Positions 34,774 through 43,119 of a stretch of DNA of 64,000 bases are shown here, piece after piece. Source of the DNA: Peptococcaceae bacterium (GTDB taxonomy: Bacteria; Bacillota; Desulfitobacteriia; Desulfitobacteriales; Syntrophobotulaceae). The stretch's first letter is position 1, and each line of letters starts with the position of its first letter. The position numbers and the translations under genes are program-made. The notes below the pieces were generated by a model, which saw nothing but the letters and a program-made list of their open reading frames with translations, ran no database searches and was not told the origin of the DNA. The stretch is from contig WRHI01000003.1 in assembly GCA_009783315.1 (NCBI GenBank), positions 1,417 through 65,416 on the forward strand. The letters run 5' to 3'.

Positions 34774-37167
34774 GTGGAGTGGGCTATGGTGGAAACGATG
34801 CGCGCCAAGTGGGCGAAAGGGCTCTTAGGGTCTTTGGGTATGCTTGGTTTGGGCTGTGTGTTGGCTCAAGCCGGGCTGGCGGGGCTGCCGGTTTGGGGTC
34901 TGGCCGCTATGGTTGTTTTTATTAAAATGGGCAGCCGCTTTTGGCCGGCTTTTGCTGGTGTTGCCATGGGGATCCTTTTCAGCGGGGCGCCTTGGGGGGT
35001 GAAGTCGTCTTTTTTGTTGATTATGGCTTTGGTGGTGTTGGCTAAGGTTTTGGTGGGGACGAAAATTTTTAAGGGATATCATGCCGCTTTCTGGGCCGGA
35101 TTGCTGAGCTGCGGCGCTGTGTGGGGGTGGCGGGGTTTTCCGGTGGGAGCGGAGCAGTTTGGTGGGGCGGTTTTGTTCGGGGTGTTGGCGGCCGGTTTTG
35201 CGGTGGCGTTGCAGTGGCTGTGCATTCCGACCAATTGGCAAGGGGTTCTGGTCAAAGGCGCGGATATTAGGCCGGGAACGACGGATATTCCTGCTGTTGG
35301 TGCTTGGCTCAGAAAGAAACGGAAGGAGAAGAGCGGAGGGCAGGAGGAAACTCAGGCGCGTCGGTTGAGCAACTGGAAGGGACTCCGTTTTGAAGTTTCT
35401 GTGCTGACTGTGAGCGCTGTGGCGGTAATGGGATTGAGTGGTGTACAGATGTTTGGGATTAGTGCCCAAATGGTGTTTCTTGGTGTGGTGGTGATGCTGC
35501 TGGCGGAGTTTCGTGGGTCGGGCGCGGCTGCGGGAGCGGGAATTCTGCTGGGCGTGTTAATGGGAACAATGGCGCCGGAAACGGCTGGGGCCGGTTTGGC
35601 CGGTACAGAGAGTGTGTATATGGGTGGCTTGCCGGTGCAAGTGAGCCGGTTGATGTTGAGTTTTGGGTATGCCGGGGTTTTTGGCCTTTTGGGCTGGGGT
35701 TGTGCGATATTTGGTTTTTTGGGGCGGCTGGGGATTGTGCTGGCTTTTTTTGTTATGAGTTTGATTGGCGGTTACGCGCTTAATGTGGGAAGTTTGGCTG
35801 ATTACAGTTTATCGGCGCTGACGGCTGCTTTGGCTTATTTGTTTTTGGCGCCGCGGGGGTCTGTGGGAATGTCTTTGAAGGAGTACATGATGCCGCAGAT
35901 TGAGACGACGGTGAATAAGGTTAAGACTTTGGCCAATATGTTTGAGGAGGTGGCCTGGGGGATGCAGGCTGCCGGCGAGGAAGCGGAGGCGAGGGAGCCG
36001 GAGTTGACGGAGATGATGAATGTGCTGGCAGAGAAGGTCTGTTATGGTTGTCCCTCGGTGAACCGGTGCTGGGATAAGGAGTATTATCGTACCTATCAGT
36101 TTTTCTTAGATGTGTTGGAGGCGGCGGAAACAAAAATTCTGGCCGATGAGGATGGCGTCTTGGCAGTGGAGCCGGATGGCTGGGGGGCCGGCGCGGGCGG
36201 CCGGGGGCCCGAGGGGGGTAGCGGAGGATCTGGTGCGGATGGCAATGGATCAGGGACTGGCAAGATTGATGCGAAAATAAGGAATTGTGCCGGTTCTCAC
36301 TGTGTGCGTCTTGACAGGATGGAACTGGCGGCTGATTTCATTGTGGCTCAGGAGATGGAACGCCAGGTTTGGAAGATGAATGCTAAGGCGAGTAAACAGG
36401 ATTTGGCCAGTCAGTATAAGAGTGTGTCTCAGGTTATCCACAGTGTGGCTCAGGAGTTGTTTAATCATCGCGCCCAGAGTCCGGTGCAGTCTTGGAAGCG
36501 CCGGCATATGAGCAAGATCGATTTTGGGGTGGCGTCGTTTATGCCGGCGGGGGAGGAGGTTAGCGGCGACGCGTATATAACCCTCGGTATCGGTGAGGAT
36601 AAAATCGTTTTTGTCGTTTGTGACGGTATGGGCACGGGGGAAGAAGCGGCGAAGTTGAGCAATTTGGCTCTTAGTATCTTAGAGCAGTTGCTGGGTACAG
36701 GGTTTGATCCGGCGGGAGCACTGAAGGCTCTGAACGCGATTTTTGTGTTGCGGTCGCCGGAGGAGAGTTTTGTTACGCTGGATATGGCTGTGGTGGATCT
36801 GGGGAAGAGCGCTCTGAAACTTTTTAAGGTGGGGACGCCGCCCAGCTATATCAAGCGCGGCAATCATGTGGAGGTTCTGCGGACGTCGAGTTTGCCGGTG
36901 GGAGTTTTTAATGAGGTAGAGGCGCCGCTGATTGAGCGGCCGTTCCGTTCAGATGTGCTGGTTCTGGCGTCGGACGGGGTTGTTGACGCCTGCCGGCGGC
37001 TCAGTGGAAGCGAGAATTGGATTGAGAAGTATTTGGAGGAATCTGAGGAGGAGGCATCGCAGAATCTGGCGAATGCTATTGTGGAAGAGGCGGTCAAGCG
37101 CACCGGCGGGAAAATGAGTGATGATGGGATTGTATTGGTTGTGAGGCAGAAGCAGGCGCCATCATAA
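34774..37167 (+). CDS. spoIIE: stage II sporulation protein E (PP2C phosphatase, polytopic N-terminus)
   Basis: About 10 N-terminal TM helices. The C-terminal PP2C region reads GDAY......DK.VFVVCDGMGTGEEAA and ASDGV. The start is uncertain (GTG 34774 lies 7 nt after the G-run; the track start is inside the repeat). Contains a Gly-rich insert GAGAGGRGPEGGSGGSGADGNGSGTG. Confidence 0.9.
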   Translation: MEWAMVETMRAKWAKGLLGSLGMLGLGCVLAQAGLAGLPVWGLAAMVVFIKMGSRFWPAFAGVAMGILFSGAPWGVKSSFLLIMALVVLAKVLVGTKIFKGYHAAFWAGLLSCGAVWGWRGFPVGAEQFGGAVLFGVLAAGFAVALQWLCIPTNWQGVLVKGADIRPGTTDIPAVGAWLRKKRKEKSGGQEETQARRLSNWKGLRFEVSVLTVSAVAVMGLSGVQMFGISAQMVFLGVVVMLLAEFRGSGAAAGAGILLGVLMGTMAPETAGAGLAGTESVYMGGLPVQVSRLMLSFGYAGVFGLLGWGCAIFGFLGRLGIVLAFFVMSLIGGYALNVGSLADYSLSALTAALAYLFLAPRGSVGMSLKEYMMPQIETTVNKVKTLANMFEEVAWGMQAAGEEAEAREPELTEMMNVLAEKVCYGCPSVNRCWDKEYYRTYQFFLDVLEAAETKILADEDGVLAVEPDGWGAGAGGRGPEGGSGGSGADGNGSGTGKIDAKIRNCAGSHCVRLDRMELAADFIVAQEMERQVWKMNAKASKQDLASQYKSVSQVIHSVAQELFNHRAQSPVQSWKRRHMSKIDFGVASFMPAGEEVSGDAYITLGIGEDKIVFVVCDGMGTGEEAAKLSNLALSILEQLLGTGFDPAGALKALNAIFVLRSPEESFVTLDMAVVDLGKSALKLFKVGTPPSYIKRGNHVEVLRTSSLPVGVFNEVEAPLIERPFRSDVLVLASDGVVDACRRLSGSENWIEKYLEESEEEASQNLANAIVEEAVKRTGGKMSDDGIVLVVRQKQAPS

Positions 37168-37525
37168 TTGTTGACAAACGCGCCTCGCCGATCACCGGGC
37201 GCTTGACATATTCCTGCAAGCGCGTACCGGGGGGGCGGGAGCGACATAGGGGCAAGCCATTCTATTTTAAGGGCACCTTCCATGATCGTGTCAATGTGGC
37301 CATTTGTGCGTATTGGCTCCCGCAGGTTTTTCAGCCCCTTGCCCCCGGTGCTTCACTTCCCCCACCATCGCGTCCCCCGTCCCAGATGAACCAGGTGATC
37401 TCTGCCGAGGTATTGAGAGATACCGTGCTCAATACAGCAGGCCTCCTCGTAGTCGCCTACGACGGGAACCGTCACCAAACGGAACGAAATGGGTGCGCCG
37501 TTGCCCACTCACTTCCCATCTCCGC

Positions 37526-37735
37526 CTATTCCCAGCTTGTCTGTATTTGTTTCTTTTGAGTAACACAGTCAGAAAGATAAAGATTAATAAGGGTCTGATA
37601 TGGGATACCGCAAGATTCAGACTGATTTTTGAAATAATCTATCGTATCGCTGTCAATATTGATAGTAATTTGCTTTTTGACCCCTTTGACATATGGATTT
37701 TTTTTGCCATTTGAAAAGTCATATTCTTCTCTCAT
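37526..37735 (-). CDS. brnA: BrnA antitoxin
   Basis: Contains YDFSNGKKNPY...KKQITINIDSDTIDYFK......GIPYQTLINLYL, typical of the BrnA family. It starts 5 nt downstream of brnT. Confidence 0.85.
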   Translation of the reverse strand: MREEYDFSNGKKNPYVKGVKKQITINIDSDTIDYFKNQSESCGIPYQTLINLYLSDCVTQKKQIQTSWE

Positions 37736-37739
37736 AATT

Positions 37740-38030
37740 TCACCTCATTTTGCTATACTGCGTTGACTCTGACCTCGTTGCTCTTCTTGCTGAAATAATG
37801 CGAATTACCGTTTCAGTTTCTCTATAGCAATGACAGACCACCAAAAGTTTGGCTTCCTTGCTCAGCCCTAAAATAATAAATCTTTCTTCCTCCTCGGCAT
37901 GCTCGGGGTCATCAATGACTATAGCTTCCATGTCATAAAATACTGTTTTTGCTTCCTCAAACGATACTTTATGCTTGGATTGATTAATGCGATTTTTATT
38001 TTCGTCCCACTCAAATCTTATGTCTTCCAT
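37740..38030 (-). CDS. brnT: BrnT toxin (DUF497 ribonuclease)
   Basis: Starts FEWDENKNRINQSKHKVSFEEA..VF.D......DD..H...EER....G.......L.VV...R......RIISAR.AT..E. Confidence 0.85.
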   Translation of the reverse strand: MEDIRFEWDENKNRINQSKHKVSFEEAKTVFYDMEAIVIDDPEHAEEEERFIILGLSKEAKLLVVCHCYRETETVIRIISARRATRSESTQYSKMR

Positions 38031-38172
38031 AATTATATTATAATTATATTATAATTGCTTGTCAATATACTTTCTAGGGTTCCGAATAAGGATATTCAAT
38101 ATATAATTCTCACTACGCTGTTGGCATGAATAAAGAGACTGCTCATACAATCTCAAGAATGGAACAGTCTTG

Positions 38173-38484
38173 TAATTGCTCCAAAAAATCTGCTATTCGG
38201 GGGTATTCATGGGGCATATGTATACAGTTCAATGAGGCACGAGGTAGGGTTTGGTGAGCGGGAGAATCCAAGCGCCTCTCTGCCTGACGCAACCTCAAAA
38301 GGCGAAAAAAGTTCGCGGGCTTTTGGAGTCTCCCGCTCACCAAACCCTACCTCGGGACTGTTACGAGCCCACATAATATCCATCTCCATTCACCATTCGG
38401 TTGCGGGAGAATCCCGCAGGAGATATTTCTATTTATTTTTTTGTTGCTTCCTGCACTTATAAAATATGCGTAAAATATGCACCC
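38173..38484 (+). repeat. ~310 bp dispersed repeat, copy 2 (central hairpin 38240-38354), just 5' of mgtE
   Basis: Colinear with 13081-13388 at a constant offset of 25092 nt through the hairpin, with only scattered substitutions by eye. Confidence 0.9.
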
Positions 38485-38660
38485 TTTCAACTAAGTTGAA
38501 TTGTCCCCGCCTGCCATATGTGTTATACTTTTTTGCGGATACATGGAACTTACTGTTGATTTGGCGCGAAAATGATACAATGGTAAGTGGATAGGGTGTA
38601 ATTGGAGTTTTGCTCAATTTCCCCTTGCTCGGATTCCCATATAATAGATCAGGTGATTTC

Positions 38661-40001
38661 ATGAATGAAACAATTTTGGCGCTTATGAATGAAAACCCCA
38701 TTAACTTGGTGAAGCTGCATGATGTCATCGCGAAGATGAATACTGTGGATATTGCCGAGATTTTTGAGGAGCTGGATAAGGAGAAGACGATCCAGATTTT
38801 TCGGTTGCTGCCGAAGAGTATGGCCGCCGATGTTTTCTCATACATAGTGCCGGAGAAGCAACAGATTATTGTGGGCGCTTTAACGGACAACGAGATCGGC
38901 AAAATCATTAATGAGTTGTTTGTTGACGATGCGGTTGATTTTATTGAGGAAATGCCGGCGAACGTAGTCGAGCGTGTTCTCAAAAATATTTATGACGATA
39001 AAAGACAGCTGATCAACCAGTTGCTGCAATATCCTGAGGATTCAGCCGGCAGCATTATGACCACGGAGTATATCGCCTTGAGAGAGGACGCTTCCGTCCG
39101 GGAGGCTTTTGATACCATCAGGGCGACAGGTATCAATAAGGAGACCATCTACACATGTTTTGTCATTCGGCGTGACAGGCTGCTGGTCGGTGTGATTTCA
39201 GCCAAGGCGTTGCTGCTGGCTAGACCCCAGGACCGTATTGGCGATATTATGGACGCCAATCTGATTCTGGCCCATACCACTGACGACCAGGAACTGATTG
39301 CCGATTTGTTTAAGAAATACAGCTTACTTTCTTTGCCGGTGGTTGACAAAGAGCAGCGGCTTGTCGGCATTGTCACAGTGGACGACGTGGTCAAGGTCAT
39401 TGAGGAAGAGAACACTGAGGACTTTGAAAGAATGGCCGCGCTGAATCCCTCCTACGAACCCTACTTAAAAACCAAAATCTTTAAATTGGCCGGCAACCGC
39501 ATTGTTTGGCTTATGGTGCTGATGCTTTCCGCGACGTTTACGGGGTCTATTATCTCACACTTTGAGGACTCCATCGCGGTTCTGCCCGCCCTCATCGCTT
39601 TTATTCCGATGCTGATGGGTACCGGCGGCAACGCGGGATCCCAGTCTTCTACACTGATTATTCGCGGTATGGCCTTGGGAGAAATCCAAATCAGGGATAT
39701 CCTCAAGGTGATTTGGCGGGAAGTGCGGGTCGGCGCGATCTGTGGCCTCGCTTTGGGTCTGGTGAATTTTGCCCGCATCTATCTCATGAACGGCAAAGAC
39801 GCGGTTATGTCTCTAACCGTGACGCTCAGTCTGTTCTGCACGATTATTCTCGCCAAAAGCGCCGGGTGTATTCTGCCCATCGTTGCCAAAAAACTTAGAA
39901 TCGATCCCGCTATCTTGGCAGCGCCTCTGATTTCGACGATTATTGACGGAACGTCGCTGATTGTCTATTTTTCCATCGCCCGGGTGATCCTGCACGTGTG
40001 A
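38661..40001 (+). CDS. mgtE: magnesium transporter MgtE
   Basis: N-domain, tandem CBS region (IMTTEYIAL..., PVVDKEQRLVGIVTVDDV), and a TM domain with GTGGNAGSQS. ATG 38661 follows an AGGTGA RBS and is preferred over the track TTG 38610. Confidence 0.9.
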   Translation: MNETILALMNENPINLVKLHDVIAKMNTVDIAEIFEELDKEKTIQIFRLLPKSMAADVFSYIVPEKQQIIVGALTDNEIGKIINELFVDDAVDFIEEMPANVVERVLKNIYDDKRQLINQLLQYPEDSAGSIMTTEYIALREDASVREAFDTIRATGINKETIYTCFVIRRDRLLVGVISAKALLLARPQDRIGDIMDANLILAHTTDDQELIADLFKKYSLLSLPVVDKEQRLVGIVTVDDVVKVIEEENTEDFERMAALNPSYEPYLKTKIFKLAGNRIVWLMVLMLSATFTGSIISHFEDSIAVLPALIAFIPMLMGTGGNAGSQSSTLIIRGMALGEIQIRDILKVIWREVRVGAICGLALGLVNFARIYLMNGKDAVMSLTVTLSLFCTIILAKSAGCILPIVAKKLRIDPAILAAPLISTIIDGTSLIVYFSIARVILHV

Positions 40002-42442
40002 TTGATTTGAGCGGATATAAACACGTCTCCGGTTCGGCAATCCATTGTGATAACATCGCCGTCCCGAATAACTTCGGTGGCGTTGTGGACAACCAGGATG
40101 CAAGGGAGGCCGTATTCCCGTGACACCACAGCCGCGTGGGAAAGCATGCCGCCGGTTTCGGTGATAACGCCGCTGATCTTGCTGAAAACAGCCGTCCAGG
40201 CGGGATCGGTGCACTTGGTGACAAGGATGTTGCCTGGTTCGAGCCGGTGGGCGTCGTGGATGTCTTGAATAACCCGGGCTGTCGCTGTGACGGTTTCGCC
40301 GCTGCAGGGAACACCATGAAGGATAGGGGTTTCTCCGGCTGACGTCATCCGGGCCTTACTCATCGCTGCCGTCGTGTGTTTGTTGCCGATTTCGTTGGGG
40401 TTGCTGAAGTTGATGAAAGAGGCGTAGTATTGTTTGTTTTTCGTCAGTTTGGTTTTAACATCAGGGGACGCGCCAGAAGGGAATTTGTTTGTGACGTCTG
40501 GAAGAGCGGTGATATCGTCTACAGTCAAATAGAATATATCATCCGCCTCTTCTAGGACGCCTGCTGCTGCCCACGCTTGTCCTAAAGCTAGAGACAGACG
40601 GCGGATATGATAATAGGAGCGTGTGGAAATGTCGCGGAACTCCTCGCGCCACCAAAGAAAATCCCGTAGTTGACTGATATCCTTGTGCAGATGGCGGGGT
40701 ACGCGGGATTTGGCGGCAAGATATTTCTGGTGCTGTCTCTCAGTCAGGGCCTTGGGATCGCGGTCATCGGGCAATGCGGCAAAGTCGTGGATCATAGCGA
40801 GAACCACCTGGGGCTGTTCGTCCCAATTGGGGTAGGAGACGTCCAGCTCATGCTGGGAGTGATAGCCGTAATCTGATAGGAAATCAGCGAATGCTTCCCC
40901 GGGATAAGCAAGTTCTTTGTCGTGGGCTTTGCTGCTGTTGGTTCCGGAACCGACTGTTTTGCTGCCATGATCTTCTTCCAAGGTTTCATCAATGTGGATT
41001 CGGCGGCTTATGTCCCACATCCGGCAGATCGGGCGCATGTGAGACAGGTCGGTCAAGCCAATCATCAGGTTGGTGATTTCGCCGGCCGGGAGATGTTTTT
41101 TGATTTTATCTTTGAAGAGGGTGGACAGAATCATATTGCAGAAAATATAGCCAAAATATGTGTATTCGGATGTATAGTAGTCGTCGCGGACGAAGCGAAT
41201 CCATAACTTGTGCAGATCCGTTGCGGACCGGCCGGTTAAGTCCAAGCTGCCGATGGTGGTGAGTCGCTGCAGCAGTTCCTGCCGACGGACAGCGGCTTTG
41301 TCGCCCATAATTTTGATATGGCGGCTGATGGCCCTGAGGGTGAGTAAGCCGCGCCAGAGGGTGCGAGGCGTGGTCGGGGTGACGACGCCGTCGCCGGTGT
41401 AGGTAGGAACGACCCCCATATCCTCATCGATTTCGCGTTCGACAAACCCAGGCAATCGGGCGAAGCATTCTTTTTCCAAGGTCAAACGCCAATAAGGACG
41501 CGCAAAAAACACCTCGTAGATGGATTCCTGGTACGCCGTCGGCAGCAGTTTGATGGTTTTCAGGGAATCGAGAAAGGAAGCGTTGAAGACGAGACCGTAC
41601 AAGGAGGCCATCAGGGGTTTACAGGCCGCGGCGGAGACACCGCCGTCGCGAAAATCCGCCGTCGTCCACTCTTGGGGGATGGCCCTGGTGCTGATGGTTG
41701 TGATGGGGCGGCTTTGCAGAATAAAGATACTGCCGTCAGCTATGGCCCATTCCACATCCACCGGGAACCCGTAGAATACCTGGATATCAAGAACGACGGC
41801 GGCGACGGCTTTGACTTCCGCTTCTGTCAGAACCCCGCCTTGGTATGATGTCAAGATGTCGTCGTACCAATGATACCCATAGCTATCCGGGGTGACTTGC
41901 CCGCTGACCAGTTGGTCGCCCAGGCCCCTCACAGCTTCGATGAGGATTTCTTTATCCTTGCCGTTAACGCTGTCGATGGAAAAGGCGACGCCGGATTTGT
42001 CGCTGTCAACCATGGTTTGTATGATGACCGCCATAGGGTATTGGCTGATATCGTTGATGCCCCGGCTTTGTGCGTAGGCCGCTAAACGGTCATTATGAAT
42101 CGATTGGGCACATTTCAGGGTGGCTTCATACACGCTAGCGGTGCCTTTGACATTGAGATAGGAATCATATTGCCCGGCAAAGGATAAGTCAGCCAGGTCT
42201 TCACCGACGCCGCTGCTGCGCACGGCGTAGGCGGTGTTTTCATCGATGTATGCCCCCAAGGTCTCGGTGGTGAAGGTGTTAAGCGGCGCGGTGCCGGAGA
42301 GGCCCCCCAGCTCTGCTGTTGTAACGACGAAACCTCCGGGAACGTTAAACCCGCCTTCTCGCAAGCGAATCAGGTTTTCGGCTTTGCTGCCGATCAGCGT
42401 CGGCCTGTCTGCAACGCTGATAAGGTCATCAAATCTGTACAT
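39965..42442 (-). CDS. PEP-utilizing enzyme with rifampin-phosphotransferase/PEP-synthase-like architecture (ATP-grasp, central domain, swivel His domain)
   Basis: 825 aa. N-terminal PPDK_N-type ATP-grasp (IGSKAENLIRLREGGFNVPGGFVV). C-terminal mobile domain TETGGMLSHAAVVSREYGLPCIL with the catalytic His. Confidence 0.85.
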   Translation of the reverse strand: MYRFDDLISVADRPTLIGSKAENLIRLREGGFNVPGGFVVTTAELGGLSGTAPLNTFTTETLGAYIDENTAYAVRSSGVGEDLADLSFAGQYDSYLNVKGTASVYEATLKCAQSIHNDRLAAYAQSRGINDISQYPMAVIIQTMVDSDKSGVAFSIDSVNGKDKEILIEAVRGLGDQLVSGQVTPDSYGYHWYDDILTSYQGGVLTEAEVKAVAAVVLDIQVFYGFPVDVEWAIADGSIFILQSRPITTISTRAIPQEWTTADFRDGGVSAAACKPLMASLYGLVFNASFLDSLKTIKLLPTAYQESIYEVFFARPYWRLTLEKECFARLPGFVEREIDEDMGVVPTYTGDGVVTPTTPRTLWRGLLTLRAISRHIKIMGDKAAVRRQELLQRLTTIGSLDLTGRSATDLHKLWIRFVRDDYYTSEYTYFGYIFCNMILSTLFKDKIKKHLPAGEITNLMIGLTDLSHMRPICRMWDISRRIHIDETLEEDHGSKTVGSGTNSSKAHDKELAYPGEAFADFLSDYGYHSQHELDVSYPNWDEQPQVVLAMIHDFAALPDDRDPKALTERQHQKYLAAKSRVPRHLHKDISQLRDFLWWREEFRDISTRSYYHIRRLSLALGQAWAAAGVLEEADDIFYLTVDDITALPDVTNKFPSGASPDVKTKLTKNKQYYASFINFSNPNEIGNKHTTAAMSKARMTSAGETPILHGVPCSGETVTATARVIQDIHDAHRLEPGNILVTKCTDPAWTAVFSKISGVITETGGMLSHAAVVSREYGLPCILVVHNATEVIRDGDVITMDCRTGDVFISAQINHTCRITRAMEK

Positions 42443-42446
42443 TCAT

Positions 42447-42992
42447 TTAGCCCTTCTGTCCTCTAAGTTTCATATGGAACAATATGATGTTGAAAAGATA
42501 ATGGGTGGCTGTGGCGATGACAAAGACCCCCAAGGCTTCCTGCCAGGATAAAGGATAGATCAACGGCAGAAACAGCAGGTAGCCGATAACGCTGTCCGCC
42601 TGGTCAAAAAAGGTTTGGACCGCGCCGCCGCTTTGGCCCGGGGGCAAATTCAGACGGCGTTTGACAAAACTGTTCGGCAACTCAAACAGGACATAGGCCA
42701 GACCCAGCCACGCGCCGCAAAGGAAACTGTATGGAAACGCACCGTGCCAAACCAACAAAGCGGCAAAGGCGGTCAGCACAATCATGCCGAAAAACCCTTT
42801 CCAAGTCTTATTATCGCCAAAAAGGCGGTTACCGTCCCGCAGGGTTTTGCCGCCGTCCATAGGAACTCGCCAAGATGGCAACACCGGCAGCTTGACAAAG
42901 ACCATATTGAGAATGGCCCCAATAATACAAGGTAGAATGAGGAAATAGATATGTCCAATAAATTGTACCGATAACAGTATAAACTCTATCAC
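42447..42992 (-). CDS. CDP-archaeol synthase (CarS, DUF46) family membrane cytidylyltransferase-like protein
   Basis: Motifs FGDNKTWKGFFG and NSFVKRRLNLPPGQSG....FDQADSV match the CarS family signature as I remember it. 5 TM helices. GTG 42992 lies 9 nt after AAGGAG; the track TTG 43010 overlaps the RBS. Confidence 0.7.
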   Translation of the reverse strand: MIEFILLSVQFIGHIYFLILPCIIGAILNMVFVKLPVLPSWRVPMDGGKTLRDGNRLFGDNKTWKGFFGMIVLTAFAALLVWHGAFPYSFLCGAWLGLAYVLFELPNSFVKRRLNLPPGQSGGAVQTFFDQADSVIGYLLFLPLIYPLSWQEALGVFVIATATHYLFNIILFHMKLRGQKG

Positions 42993-43007
42993 GCTCTCAT
43001 TCTCCTT

Positions 43008-43034
43008 CAAACAAAAGGGAATTTAAAAATTCCC
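43008..43034 (-). terminator. terminator-like or attenuator hairpin within the operon
   Basis: Minus-strand RNA reads gggaattt-tt-aaattccc followed by ttttgtttg. It lies directly upstream of the CarS-like RBS. Confidence 0.4.
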
Positions 43035-43039
43035 TACCA

Positions 43040-43086
43040 CCCCTAACCCCTAACCCCTAACCCCTAACCCCTAACCCCTAACCCCT
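43040..43086 (-). repeat. (GGGGTTA) x 6.5 tandem array on the transcribed strand; shown as CCCCTAA on +
   Basis: Six perfect cccctaa units plus cccctg, in the intergenic spacer of the minus-strand operon. Confidence 0.95.
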
Positions 43087-43087
43087 G

Positions 43088-43119
43088 CTTCTCAAAGAGG
43101 CCTAAGCCTCTTTGAGAAG
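43088..43119 (-). repeat. perfect 14 bp hairpin enclosing the stop codon of the upstream gene, directly 5' of the G-tract array
   Basis: Reads cttctcaaagaggc-ctaa-gcctctttgagaag. The stop (cta on +, 43102-43104) lies in the loop. Confidence 0.9.

Noticed and set aside
37168-37525. Possible degraded gene in the spoIIE-brnA spacer (track ORFs 37203-37559, 37304-37714, 36864-37283)
   Set aside because: The frames are short, mutually overlapping and without RBS. One minus-frame peptide (FRLVTVPVVGDYEEACCIEHGISQYLGRDHLVHL) hints at a gene remnant, but I could not assign a family. It is left unannotated.
38485-38660. M-box riboswitch upstream of mgtE, and T-box upstream of metG (13389-13486)
   Set aside because: The mgtE leader shows none of the conserved M-box sequence blocks I can recall. 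The metG leader is only ~100 nt, too short for a T-box, and lacks the T-box motif. An Infernal scan would be decisive.
43040-43086. (CCCCTAA)n as a telomere or linear-replicon end
   Set aside because: The array is internal and flanked on both sides by genes of one operon, with continuous sequence. It was treated as an internal G4-capable repeat.
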